A DNA stretch of 64,000 bases from Camelus ferus (GCF_009834535.1 NC_045696.1:26600001-26664000); one strand, 5' to 3'. Positions 1-12,899 are shown, counted from the first letter of the stretch. Program-made: numbers and translations. Notes: generated from the letters alone by a model not told the origin.

Positions 1-554
1 ATCTCACCTTCTGGAGAGCTTCGTAAAAGGTGAAAATGAATGGAATAAAATGAACTGCAAAATATGGTTTTTAGTCCTGAAATGGCCTGGTTCCTCAAGA
101 TGCAAAGGTCAAATCGTAATGTTATGCCAATATATTTCGTAAAGTATACTGAGGGTACTGCATTTAGAGAAGCTAATTTGCATGACAAAAATTGTGACAT
201 GAACAGCGGTTGGCACAAAAATCAATACATTCATGTGACAGGCACTGCAATAAATCATAAAAATGAAGAAATGGGTGAATTTAGCCCAATTTAATGATAA
301 AGTTAAACTAATATCTTATGCTATTATCTAAGAATAGCACGCCCAGGAAAATGCAGAAAATTAAGAGCTGTACTTTACATAATTTTAGCACTTAATCAGT
401 CTCAAAAATAACAGTGAAAAATTGTTTCTGACCTTCACTTTTATAGGCGAGGCGTGATACCTGCGCATATCTGTAAACTGGCTAATTTTTACACAACATG
501 AGTGTAATCAGGCCATCATGTGCATAATGAGGGCTCACTCAGCATGTACATCAC

Positions 555-710
555 ACTTCATCATGTAAACCCAACAACAGCTCTTCCCTGGGGACCAGAT
601 TTATTTTCATACTACATTTCACAAATAAGGAAACTGAGGCAGAAAACAATTAGCCTATTTGGCGTAGGTCAGAAGGAAAATCTGTGCCAGATATCAAAGT
701 GTGATTCTTA
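555..710 (-). mobile_element. MIR SINE fragment
   Basis: Antisense MIR core-like CATTTCACAAATAAGGAAACTGAGGCAGA; boundaries approximate. Confidence 0.65.
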
Positions 711-3559
711 GCTGCTGGAAGCAGGATTCAAGGCCACTCAGTCTTCAATCTCCTGAACTGTTACTTCTTGGGTCATGTCACCATAGATATAATTGCTGAT
801 ATTCATAGGCTAAGGGATTTTCTGTCAGGATGGATTTTCCCACTTACTCGAAGAACTGCAGCTATGAAAAACTAGCTTCAGTTCCGAGAATAGCATCTCA
901 AGGGCCTGGGGACATATGGATATGCACCCAAATACATGCATGTGCATTTTTCAAAGCTAAAGGAAGTTGAGCGTGTGAAAGAGAAGAGCTCACATATAAA
1001 CCTAGGGTGGTAAACTTTCTTTGTGTGGATATGCAGTCATTATGACCTTGTTCACGGCCATCCTTGAGACTGGAACATCTAATCAGCCATAGATCTGACT
1101 CCTGTATATTCTGAGCGGTCTAGAACAATCTTAATTTAATATTATTATATTCTTTAAAAAAAGATATTTGTTGCATATATACATATTGATTTGTTAAAAT
1201 TTAAATGCCTTGAGATTTTTCCATTTGCATAAATCTATAAATATTAAAAATGTCTTCCACAGTCACTATGTCTAATTTTAAGTTTATTATCAATGGAGAG
1301 GATGGAAGCCAGGGAAATTATATATTGCATTTTCCAAATATATTTTAATTGCTTTGAGTAAAAGTAAGACTGCTTCAGAGAGAAAATATAGCCATATGAA
1401 AGGCAATTTAAAGGGGATATGAGTGGTAGTGAGAAAGAATTGCCTTGGTAATTCTTTTGCAAGATATTGTGTGATAATTTTATTTAGCAGCTGCTGTCTC
1501 TTAAAATATGATATGATGTCAGAAATAGTAGGACCCATATATTCCAGGAACAGGACATTCACTGCAATATGTTACCAAAGATGGTTCTGTCCTGAACTTG
1601 AAAAAACCAGTTTAGGGAAACTGTCTTCCATATTACTGGTAGCAAATTGAAATTTAAAAAAATACACGTTTATAAAATTTATATATGTATATGACTTTTC
1701 CAAGAACTATCTATACATAGATGAGTATGGATAAATGTATGTAATTAACAATACAGACATTTCACATGCATTTGCATATCTGAACATATATATACATACA
1801 AAATTTTATTTCTAGCTGTCCTTCAGTGTATAGTAATTACACTTAGAAGTTTTTATTTTATTATTAGGGACATTTAACAAAATAATAATAATGCTGATGC
1901 CACTAATAAATGCTACTTGAGTTGATTTAAACATATGAAGAAAGAAAGAAAGAAGATACTGGGCAAGAATTGCTCTCTGTTTTCTTATAATGACTTGCTT
2001 TGTTTAATTTCCATCAAGTCCATCATCTAATCTGCAGTAAACTTGAAGTCTTCACTGTTTTAAGAGTCAGGAACAGATGTAGTGCTGCTGATTGCAAATC
2101 TGCTTATATCGTGACTTACAGTCTAAGGTTGAATTATTTATTTATCTATCTGCTCAGAATTTAATTAAATAAAGCCCTTAATTTTTCACTTGGTCAGTTA
2201 CAACTCCTTACTGCTCTGCTCCTTTGAGGCAGTGTTTACTATATCAGCTAATCTGATGGGGCTGTGTGAAAAGCAGCTTCAGCACCAGCAAGGGACCTAG
2301 TCATTTCCATCCTCCAGACCCAACAAAGGTCTCACTCAGTTTTCCTAATAAGAAAATTGTCAAAATCGATGCAAAGTCAGGCTGATCAGAGGTCATTGCT
2401 TATTGCCTCCCATCCTGTCTCCTTCTTTTCTTTTGTTTCTTCTCCATCTTCTTTCCTCCTTCCCTTCAGCAATCCCCGGAGACTCACAAAGCGTCCAAGA
2501 GTCAGAAGCAGAAGCTATTTTAACAAATGACAAGGCAGCCAAGGCACAAATAGGCCAGATGCTCACACAGGGTGCAAAATTCAACGGGAGTCCCCTGTTC
2601 CTAGAGACATCTGCTTCCCATGTGGCTGGGCAGCACCTCTTCTGTAGTATCATTTCATGACATTTCTTTTAACAAAATTTCACCTTTGAGTGAACAGAAC
2701 TTTATATTTCCTTAAGATTTTGCCCTCAGTAAAAGTCCAATTCCCTCCCCCCCAAGCCCTCTCTTTCTATCTTTCAATCTCTGTCACCTTTCTCTATTTC
2801 CAGTTTGGAGGCAACCATCCCCATTAACCAATCTGAATCAACTGATTACCCCATGACTTCTGAAATCCATGAATACTGGGCTTATAATAGAATTGTATTA
2901 CTTTGTACTAGTTAATACTTTGCACTATTTTACTCTGTCAGATGAAAATATTAAAATTTGTTAAAAAGTAGTGTACAATTATACAATGTTTAGAAAACAC
3001 TGGATAGTTTTGTCATCCTGTGTCTTTTATAAAGATGACTATGCAAAATTATGAACAAGAAATTTGAAACTTCTTATATAATTAATTGAACTTCATAGCC
3101 TCATATTTGAAAATTTTGATCCAGATCATATCCTTAAGTCAGGAATCAAGAAGTCTGGGTTACCATTTTGTAGTCACCAAACATTTTGAGCTTTCCCACT
3201 TTCTGACACATGGTTGTATTGCACTTTTTCTTTTTTTTTTTTGACATTAGTTTTGATCGTGGGACTTGCTTCCAAATGTGAGCAACAGTGATGTGTGAAG
3301 TGTGACGAACCAGAGCTCAAGTTCCCAAGTTGCTTGAAAGCTTCTTTCAGCCTGGAGTTTTGTATGAACACAGGGAGTAAGGTGTTCTAATGACCTGCAT
3401 TGGTCATGTGAGACGGAAATGACCTTTTGTAGGATTAAAATACTGATAATGTTTGAAGACTGAAATAAGATCTTAATCTGAGGAGACTTATAAATATCAA
3501 TTCTAGGTTCTACATCCTTTTTTTCCAACTAAATGGGCAAAGAGAGATTTTTTTTAAAA

Positions 3560-4651
3560 TTTGGGGTAGAATCGACATTCTTTCATCAATGTCTTACAGT
3601 TTTCAATATACAGTTTTTCACCTTCTAGATTAAGTTTACTTCTAAGTATCTTACTGCTTTTGATGCTACTATAAATGGGGTTCCTCTTCTAATTTCTCAT
3701 TGTTAGCAGGTAGAAATGAAACTGTTTGCTAATTTCGTATCTTGCAATTTACAGAATTCATTTATTAATTCTAGCATTTTTTTTGGTGTAATCTTTAGGA
3801 ATTTCTATTCATATAATCATGTCACCTTGTAAACAGAGACAATTTTACCCCCTCCTTTCTGATTTAGATAACTTTTTTCTTTTCTCATCTAATTGCTTTG
3901 GCTAGGACTCCAGTCCTACATTGAACAGAAGTGGCAAGAGTGGGCGTCCTAGTAGTGTTCTTGATGTTAGAAGAAGAGCTTGTAGCTCATTATCACTGAG
4001 TATGATGCTAGCTGTGGGCTTGACATATATGGCCTTGCTCTGCTGAGGTATGCTCCTTCTATACCCAGTTTGCTGAGAGCTCTTTTTTTTCAATCATGAA
4101 ATGAAGTTGAATTTTGTCATATGCTTTTTCTGTATCTATTGAGATGATCATATAAATTTTGTCCTTCATTTTGTTAATGTGGTGAGTAACACTGATTGAT
4201 TTCAGTATGTTGAATCACCCTTGCATACCAGGGATAAATCTGACTTGATCGTGGTATACAATCCTTTTAATGTGCCATTGAATATTTTGTTGAAAATTTT
4301 TGTATCCATGTTTATCAGGGATTTGGGGCTGTAATTTTCTTTTCTAGTTACAACATTGTCTGGCTTTGGTATTGAGGTAATCTTGACTTCATAAAATGAG
4401 TTTGGAAGTACTCCTTCTATTTAAATTTTTTGGAAATTTGAGAACTATTGGCATTAATTTCTCTGTAAATATTTGGCAGAGTTCACCAATGTAGCCATGT
4501 GGTTCTGTGCTTTTCTTTGTTGGTAGATTTTTTTTTTTAAATCACTGATTCAATCACTTTACTTGTTACAGGTCTATTCATATTTCCTATCTTTTCATTA
4601 TTCAGCCTTGGTAGGGTGTAGGTTTCCAGAAATTTATTCATTTCTTCTAGT
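3560..4651 (-). mobile_element. LINE-1 ORF2 (RT region) fragment, degraded
   Basis: Antisense L1-type sequence; minus ORF 3902-4093 gives KAIYVKPTASIILSDNELQALLLTSRTLLGRPLLPLLFNVGLE, resembling the L1 RT motif KAIYDKPTANIILNG...GTRQGCPLSPLLFNIVLE. Confidence 0.93.
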
Positions 4652-4901
4652 TACCATCCTTCAATGGTGAGGATGAGAAAACCTACATGCATATGGATAT
4701 GGTTAATTCGAAAACTACTTCTTAAACATTTGGAAGTTTTTCAAAACCAAAAACATATTTTACAAGTGATCATTTTCCTCTACATTTAAAGCCCAGTCTT
4801 TTAAGCTGAAAGAAACTTAGTCCATATGCTAGTTCAGATTCACTTATATTAAAATCATAAAAATCACATTCAATAGCTATTTGATACACAAGGAACTCAA
4901 G

Positions 4902-7082
4902 GTGAATTTTCTACCTTCATGTTTTCACATGATTGAATTAGTGTCCTTTCATTTCAGTGTGAAGAACTTCCTTTAGCATTGTTTTGTAAAGCATTGCTGA
5001 GTAAAGTATTTTTGATTGGCAGGGTTTTTTCTTTCAGCTCTTCGAATGTATCATCACACTCTCTCCTGGCCTGCAATGTTGCTGCTGAGATATATGCCAA
5101 TAGCCTTATGGGTGTTTCTTTTTATGTTTTTGTTTCCCTTACTGCTTTCTAAATGATTTTTGTCTTTGATTTTTGGCAGTTTTATTATAATGTGTCTCAG
5201 TGAAGTCTTCTTTGGGCTGAATCTGCATTGGACCTAGGAATGTCCATATCTCTCCCAGAATTGGGAGATTTTAGCCACATTTCTTTAAATAAGTTTTCTA
5301 CCCTTTGCCTCTCTCTTCTTCTGGGACTTGTAAAGTATGACTACTGTTTCATCTGATGATGTCCCATAATTCCCATAAGCTGTCTTCACTCTTTTTCATT
5401 GTTTTTTTTCCTCTGCTGACTGCATGATTTCAAATAAGCTGTCTGAGTTCTCAGATTCCTTCTTCTGCTTAATCATGTCTGCTTTTGATGCTCTCTATTG
5501 TGTTTTTATTTTATTCATTGTATTCAGCTCCAGAATTACTGTTTGGTTCTTTTTTTAATAAGAAAAATTCTTCTTTTAAACTTATTTTGTTCATTTTTTT
5601 CCTGATTTTGTTGAGTTGTCTGTGTTTCTTTTTAGATCGCTGAGCCTCCTCAAAACAATTACTTCGCAAGCTCTGTTCAGCAATGTCTAGATCTCCATCT
5701 CCTTGGAGTTGGCCACTGGAAAATTACTGAGTTCCTTTGGTGGTGTCATGTTGTAGACTTGGGTTGATATCTGTGCATTTGCCGGAAGAGTCACCTCTTC
5801 TAGACTTTATGGACAAGTTTTCAGGGAGAAAGGCTTCTCCTGTGGGTGAAGGTAAGGGTGCTGGCTGGTGGGGGTAGGCGTGGCAGGCGGTGTGCTAGTT
5901 CCAGCTCCTGTGAAAGCCCAACAGCAGCCTTGTTTAGCTTTATCAGCTGAGGTCAGCGTTGGTGAAGGTTTCAGGGACCCTCAGTGACCAAGCCTGAGGG
6001 TATCTGCAGCAGTGCTGAGGGTTGTTGGGGACCACCTGATTTCTTTTTCTCCCATGAAGGATGTGGTCAAGGAGTTCCCTCCTGGTGCCAGAACCAGCCT
6101 GTGGGCACCCTTGTGGTGGTGGTGGTGGCACTGGTATTGGATCTGCATACCCCTGTGGAACAGCCATGAAACTAGGTTTTGAAGCCCAAGTGTTAAGAGT
6201 GACAGTAGCTCAGGCGTCCAGGGCACCAGCTGGCCCAAAGCAGCACCGAGGTGTGAGACAGGCTCGCACCGAGCTGCCATGGGCCCAGGGTCCGGAGCAC
6301 AGGCCTGCATGGGGCGGCAGGAGCCCTGGGGCCCAGGATGCTGGCTCCACCACAGTGCTGTTGCTCCTGGCGCTTGGGGTGTGCATGGAGCAGCTGTGGC
6401 ACTGGGTTTAGAGTGTGGATGTGTGCAGAACGGCCTCAGGGCTAAAACCTTGAGCACAGGAACACGTGGAGCTGGGGTCTGAAGTGCGGCCCTCCGTGGA
6501 GCAGCTGCAGGTCTGGGGCCTTGGGCGTGTGTGGGGTGAGAGGGCGCCGTAGTCCTGGCCTTCGGTCAACACAACAGCAGCTCCTTCTGGGGGCAGCCCA
6601 GCAGCAGCCCCTCTCTGGTGAGGCTACGGCGGCCGTGGCTGTTGGCTACGCCAGGTGCAAAGGCTGCCAGTATGCAGTGTCTCCTACAGAGCAGGTGTCC
6701 AGGGCCAGTGCTGACAAAGAGAGCAGAGCCCTCTGCTGTGGAAGTCATGGGGTGTCCTCATGTGCTGTGGGGACCCCAGAGGCTCCCAGCGGCAAAGGCT
6801 TCTGGGTCCTCCACGCAGGAGGCTGCTGGGGACCGGGATGATGCCACCACATGGCTGATGTTGTTCCCAGCCATCTCCAGACACTTCCACTGAGCTGATT
6901 TCTCTGCTGATCCTTTCTGTGTGGATACTCTTCATTTTCTACTCCATGGTTTTGCTGTAGGTTCTCAGTTGGACCCTTGAGCCCTCCCAGGGCTATTTTT
7001 GTTTATAGGTAGCTGTCTCATTATTGTCATTTGTGGGGGGACAAAGCCTGGTATCTCTTACTTTGCAATCAAGCTGACATCC
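4902..7082 (-). mobile_element. LINE-1 5' part: inter-ORF region, decayed ORF1 and GC-rich 5'UTR
   Basis: T-rich antisense ORF1-type sequence at 4950-5800 and a GC-rich block at 5840-6900. The minus strand starts GATGTCAGCTTGATTGCAAAGTAAGAGAT, like an old L1 5' end. Confidence 0.8.
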
Positions 7083-7084
7083 TA

Positions 7085-7242
7085 AAGATAGATTGGGGAG
7101 AGGAAAGTGGGGAGGGATAATATAACAGTAGGGGAATAAAAAAAGATTGTTATGGGATTACATAAAATCATGTGTATGAACCTTCTGAAAACTGTAAATA
7201 AAGCACTATAGAAATAAAAGACTCTTTCATTCAATAAAAAAA
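7085..7242 (+). mobile_element. LINE-1-type 3' end fragment with poly(A) signal and tail
   Basis: G-rich tract, then TTATGGGATTACATAAAATCATGTGTATGAA...GCACTATAGAA...TCTTTCATTCAATAAAAAAAA. Confidence 0.7.
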
Positions 7243-7512
7243 CAGACTTTCAAAATTCCATTTTAATGACCTCTAGGAACAAATATCAGTATTGTGTGAA
7301 TACTCCATTCCAATGTTAAAACACCGACAAAAATTCTTACGCCTAAGTTAAATTCCATTTGATTTTATTTAAGCCATCTTGTCTTGAGTGTTATCATTTC
7401 GAACGAGAGAGAAGGGATTGTCTGTAAATCCCCTAGCAAAATCCTTCATGTGTCTGCCAATTCTGTTTCCTCTGTGGAAAGAAAAGTCTCCTCTCCCCGC
7501 CCCCAACACTCT

Positions 7513-7562
7513 CACACACACACACACACACGTGCACTCATTCATACAAACACACATACATA
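7513..7562. repeat. (CA)n microsatellite with degenerate extension
   Basis: CACACACACACACACACAC followed by CA/TA-rich sequence. Confidence 0.9.
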
Positions 7563-7769
7563 CCAGAGTTAGGAATAACTTCTCCTTCAAGTTTCAATTG
7601 AAACTTCAATTCAAATCATTAATTATACAAATTTTACCCAGCCAGATCACCATCGCCGCCTTGGCTTAGATAGTTTCTTTTTCTCTGTTGTCCTATAATG
7701 CTTCTGGCATACATCTCTTACAGTATTTGCTACATATCACTGTACATACTGATTTTCATTTTTTTTTAC

Positions 7770-8000
7770 TGGGCTGTTTGCTCCTTCTGAGCAGGCTCAG
7801 TGACTCACTCATTACTGTATTCTCAGTGCCTAATACATATCTGGAAAATAATAAAAGAACAGTAAGTGCCATTTAAATGAATAAATTAACAGGAATGAGT
7901 GAACTTTACTTCAGTCATAATGTGTTGTCTCTTAAGTTTCTTTTTTCAAGTCATTCATTCATTTAACAAATATTGCTAGAATCCTTACTCTTTGCAAAGG
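7770..8000. mobile_element. L2 3'-end fragments in opposite orientations
   Basis: ACTGTATTCTCAGTGCCTAATAC...AAATGAATAAAT on +, then TCATTCATTCATTTAACAAATATTG (antisense L2 tail). Confidence 0.6.
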
Positions 8001-8299
8001 GGATATGAAGAATTATTCAGAATAAAAAATACCTGACATATTAATGATCTTATTTTATCAATTAACCTTTTTTATAAAATCCTTCTTTATAATGAGAGAA
8101 AAGCCATGCTCCAGTTAAGACACAGTAGGCATTGTGGGTGCCTGGACTGGACTTCTGCTGTAATTCATAGTGGTCAATAAAGGAGTTCCCTTGTCTTTAG
8201 TTATTGTCTCTTGGGGCTACGCTATGTGTTAATGCTTATATTCCAGTAGCTAGTGTTCAGCCCCCAAATATAGAGGGTGTGTCCCTATGGTTTAATTCA

Positions 8300-8780
8300 C
8301 ACTTTTGACGGAGCAGTTCCCAATTAACCAGGGACATTTGAATTCCATTTTTGTGCCTGATAGTGTTGGCAGTCTTCCAGGATGGGAACAGACAGTGTGC
8401 TCATTAAGCTGAGGGTGAGGCTATCTTCCAAATCATTAATAAAATGTATAAAAAGCACTGGGCCTTAGAACTGACCACAGTGGGACAGCTCTTGATACGT
8501 GAGCTTATGTTGTCACAGAATCATTCATCATCACCTACAGGAATGCACTTTCCTAAAGTTACACGTTGACCTTACAAAATATTCCGAGTTTCTTGGTGAC
8601 AAATGGCATATGAATCTGTATCCGAGGCCTTACTAAAATCCAGATGTATTAAATTTTTTGCTCTTTCTTAGGCATGACTGTTGTAGAGAAATTAAATTGT
8701 TCCAGGGTGATAAACTTTCCCCAAATCATATTAAGTTATGGTTGAATACCTGTGCTTTTCTGGGTATTCGCTAATTAGTA
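8300..8780 (-). mobile_element. Possible CR1/L3 LINE RT fragment
   Basis: GCCTTACTAAAATCCAGATGTA reads YIWILVR in one minus frame and LDFSKA in another, the latter matching the CR1 RT motif; extent uncertain. Confidence 0.45.
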
Positions 8781-9894
8781 ATTTTCTGATTATACCTAGC
8801 AGGCACAAATACCATAATTAGCCTGACTAATCTTTGCTTAGGATAAATTTTTCTTACGTTTTTTAAATCCTATGCTTTCATTCGGTATTGCAAGCTGTCC
8901 ATCCCATCCCATTGTACTTCCCAAAACGCTTGCTTCCTCTTCCTGATTTAGATGACTCGTCCTTCCCCAACATCGTCTTCCTACTTGATCACAGACTAGC
9001 ACAGGCCTGCTATCATTGAACTCCTTGGATTTGTATCTGGTTTTTTATTTGCCTCTTAACTGGTCCCTTTGGAATGCTTATTATTTTGAGAATGGAAACC
9101 TTTCTACACTCCTAGTGCCCGCTAAGGGGACTGGCACAGTATTGACACTTAATCAGTATATACTCAAGGAATTTATTCTCAGACTTTTTCTTACATATCA
9201 CTTCTATTTCTTTGTCTTTCCCCCAAAACAGACCACATTTGACTGTCTAATGTGCTCCCCAGGCATCCATATGGAAAGCATTTGTACATTCCTTCCCCCC
9301 TGCAAGTGGGCAGAACACAGTCATTCCACCCTCTTTTCTTCAGTTCACATTCACAAGGCTCCTTGCTGTCTTTTAATACAGTCATTTACTGAGCTACCCA
9401 GACCTTCTTCTTTCCTCAGTGATTTCAACACCAGAACTGCATTTTCACTCTCTGCTTTGCCTCTCTCGAAGTGTATGGTTCTGAGACATAATTCGATCAC
9501 TTCACAGTCCCACAACCTCCTCTACTCTTGTCATTTAACTTCTACCAGCCACAAGCACAGCCACTTAGCCCTTCAAGTTCATGAACACTGACCTTCATGG
9601 TTTCTCATATGTGACATGTTCTTACTCTGAATCTAAGCCTGCCGACCTAAACATGACTACACTCATAAAGTGGTTTTGGAGATTCTCTTAACCTGAGGAG
9701 TGTTCCAAGAGGGCTTGAATGGTCCTTACAATCAGGAGGGCTGCCATGGGTGGGAGATTAGACAAGAGGAAAATTGACACTTTAATGCCAGTGAGGCCTT
9801 CAAAACTTTCTTCAGATAATTTCTTCTGCGTCCTTTCCCAACTCCTATCCTAACCGCTACGCCTAAAGAATGAAAACTTATTTCCCTGGGATAC

Positions 9895-10005
9895 AGTTCA
9901 ATTCCACATATCTTTATTGAGCACCTTTTATTTACAAGATTTAGTTCTGGGAACTTGGTGGACATCAGTGAACGAACAAGTAAAGCTGCCTGCCATTTTG
10001 GCATT
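9895..10005 (-). mobile_element. L2 3' fragment
   Basis: TTTATTGAGCACCT...GTTCTGGGAACT...GGACATCAGTGAACGAACAAG. Confidence 0.65.
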
Positions 10006-10119
10006 AACATCCTTGGCTTAAATACTCTTGCAGAATGTATTTTGTCCTTGTATTATATATATATTGTTTAGAATTCTGTAAGTTGCTGCTCATTAGACAC
10101 TTCAAACCAGACAAATCTT

Positions 10120-10360
10120 TCCATTTTCTAGCTTAAGTAACATCTCTAAGTTTCAGTTTCCTCTTCCATGTTAAGAGCAGGTAACCTCATGGGCTTGTGG
10201 ACAGGTTAAAAAAGATGATGTTCAGAATGTCTTGAATGATGCCTAGCAAACAGTAAACATTCTGAGATTTTTGTATTACTAGTGATATCATAGTAGTAGT
10301 ACATTTATTAGTATTGATTAGTATTAGTATTGATATTATAGTAGTAGTAACAGTAGTGAA
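10120..10360 (+). mobile_element. MIR fragment with degenerate (TAG/TAT)n tail
   Basis: CTCTAAGTTTCAGTTTCCTC...ATGCCTAGCAAACAGTAAACATTC followed by a TAGTAGTAGT-rich tract. Confidence 0.65.
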
Positions 10361-10650
10361 CTTGTAAGTCTGCAATAAATTCTAGCTATTTCTATTACCA
10401 ATATTTTTCAGATGGCACCTCCCTACTGGACAGTAAGCTCTCTAAAGTCAAAACATTCGAAAATTTTCTGCTGTACCAAATTTAATTAAAAACTATAATT
10501 TCATTTTAATAACTTCCAAGTTTTTATTTGTTCTCAAATTTTTCCAAAATAGCGTGTTTTTAATATCTACCAGTTCCTTAAACTAAAGCTGGAGAGCAAC
10601 TTATAAGATACTATGGATCTATACATTACTAGGTTTAGAAAGGAATGTCA

Positions 10651-10812
10651 GGTGGGTAGAGTGTAGATCAAGCAGTAGGGTGCATGCTTGGCATGTACAA
10701 GGTCCTGGGTTCAGTCCCCAGTACCTCCTCTAAAAATAAATAAATCAACAAATCAACCTAATTTCCTCCCCCCACCAAAAGAAAGTAAATAAATAAATAA
10801 AATTAAAAAAAA
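10651..10812 (+). mobile_element. tRNA-derived SINE, camelid vic-1-like
   Basis: tRNA-like head (GTGTAGATCAAGCAGTAGGGTGCATGCTTGGCATG...GTCCTGGGTTCAGTCCCCAGTACCTC), AAAT-rich body and A tail; degraded TSD AGAAAGGAATGTCA / AGAAACAATCTCA; similar to the copy at 24531. Confidence 0.88.
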
Positions 10813-11322
10813 GAGAAACAATCTCAAATTTCACTCTCCTAAGAAAGTTATAATTGATTTTCTGATCATAATTGAGATTTATCCCAAATACAGACAACTT
10901 ATAGATACATAGAAAAGTTTTAGCACTGCTCTTTGAAATTGGATGTGAGACACCTTATTGTCTAGACCTAGAGGGTCATTTATGGGAAGGAAAAACTGAA
11001 ACGAGTACACACTGGAGGCCACCATGAGTACATTTTTTTAGAAAAAGGTATGAATCACCACAGTGTGAGGACAGTGAAATCTAGCCTCCAACCTTTCCAA
11101 AGCCTCGCTATTCCATATTTGGTATGCTAATGGCTAATCAAATCACAATCAGTATGCATTTGAAACCACAATGCAAATACAGGACTTCATCTGGCGATGT
11201 AAATACACGATAATAATTACGGAAATTTCCTTGGGTCAAGGGCAGCAAATATTAGTACAGCTAATATGGTACTTATTTTATTAGGTCCTAACTGCCGCAA
11301 TCTGCCAAATGCTGTTAAGGAA

Positions 11323-11339
11323 GCTGCCACCTACTGTCC
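11323..11339 (-). promoter_or_regulatory. Candidate CTCF motif
   Basis: Minus strand GGACAGTAGGTGGCAGC resembles the CTCF core; motif match only. Confidence 0.4.
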
Positions 11340-12571
11340 TAGTTTTTCACGCTCATTGCTGAAAAACTAGAAGGGAACAGTCACTGTAAATCAGCCAAAC
11401 TGCTCTGACACAGTCCTCCACGGTTTAGCCATGCTTTTTTGATAATTTTATGATAATCAGGTAACTATATGGACCGGGCTGTCTTGCTTCAGTCCTCAGT
11501 CCTCCAGATCATCACTATGAATATCTGCAAGTGTCTAACGTACAGAGAATAATGCATTTGAGTAAACAAAGAAAGAAGCAGACAGCCAGTATTACGTGGG
11601 ACTTATCCAGCAATGTAATCGTATGCAGGAGCTTTTTTGGATTACTGGAGCTTTTCTTTTTGAAGTGTGAATTTTTTCCTCTGACTGATAAAGAGAACGT
11701 GTTCTGAAGGAGTTAAACCTGGCTGCTTAAGAAGGCAGTGTCTTATCTCTGTCAGAGCCATTTGCTGTACTGTCTTCCACCTGGAATTAGAGGTGGGCAA
11801 GATAATCTTATCAACAGTTCAAAGCAAATCCATCTTCAGATTTCAAATTATGAGACAGCACTATGCATTGCAGAGTGGTTTCCCATGCATTATTTCAAAT
11901 TATTTCCACAACTTTATAAAGTAGATTAACTAAGAGGTATAGAGTTAAACTACCTTGGTTATTTTGCCTTAATGGACAAGCTCTCAAATTCTTTTTACTC
12001 AGAAAATCATATTTTTTCTTATAGATAATATTAATATATACTAAAATACAAAAGCAATACAAAGTCTAAACATTAGAAACACATATAATATAGAAGGGAA
12101 AGTCCCCCAGAATCCACCTCCCCATTCTAAGAGCAGTTTTTAGTTCATGCTCATATTTGGATGAATTGACATCTTAATGAGAATAAAGCAGTATGTTTCA
12201 GACTATTGAAAGGTTTGAGGTCTTATCACACATAGAAGTTATTAAGAGCAACTTAACTTATTTTCTACATGTATTTTCTATGTGTTTTTCCATTTTTAAC
12301 TGTTAACAAAAATGGAGCAAAAAATTGATTGTATTCTCAACATATTATGAGAAAAACTTGTTTCCTCCTCTCCCTAATAATTCCTATGCATTTTTTTCTC
12401 TATGTCTGTATGTGTGTGTAGGTGTATAACTTTCAAGTTTTCACTACTAACAAAAACACTACAGTAAGAATTCTTGTGGTATTTTTTTTCACTCTCAAGT
12501 GCATAAATTTTTTGTTTAATTAAAAAATAAGCTATATCAATAAGTAATATTACATATGTTGAATAGTTTTT

Positions 12572-12616
12572 TTATATATAATATATATATATATATACAC
12601 ACACACGTATATATAT
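12572..12616. repeat. Compound (TA)n(CA)n microsatellite
   Basis: Seen directly. Confidence 0.85.
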
Positions 12617-12899
12617 CATTTTGCTCTTTTTACTTCATTTAATTCCTGATAATACACAGTAATTATTGGCTAAATGTTGGGAGCTGATTTGAAAAATTAA
12701 AATCACATTTTTCTAAATTATTCTCCAAAAATGCCTTTATAACTTTTTGAAGTAATTTGGCCAAATTGTGTGTATTTAGCTGATTAGTAAATCAAGTAAA
12801 AACATTACTATGTATTCACAATGGAAAACCTGTAGGTTAAACACTCCAGAATAAGGGAAGAAAACGGGAAATAAGGCTTATTTAATCTCTATTATGATC

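Noticed and set aside
5943..6935. Stack of overlapping ORFs up to 158 aa, including a His run
   Set aside because: They lie in the GC-rich L1 5'UTR where stops are rare; they occur on both strands with no recognisable protein; the His run comes from a short (GGT)n.
9016..9591. Longest ORF (191 aa)
   Set aside because: Non-ATG start, pyrimidine-rich composition, overlaps L2-like sequence and has no recognisable domain or exon structure.
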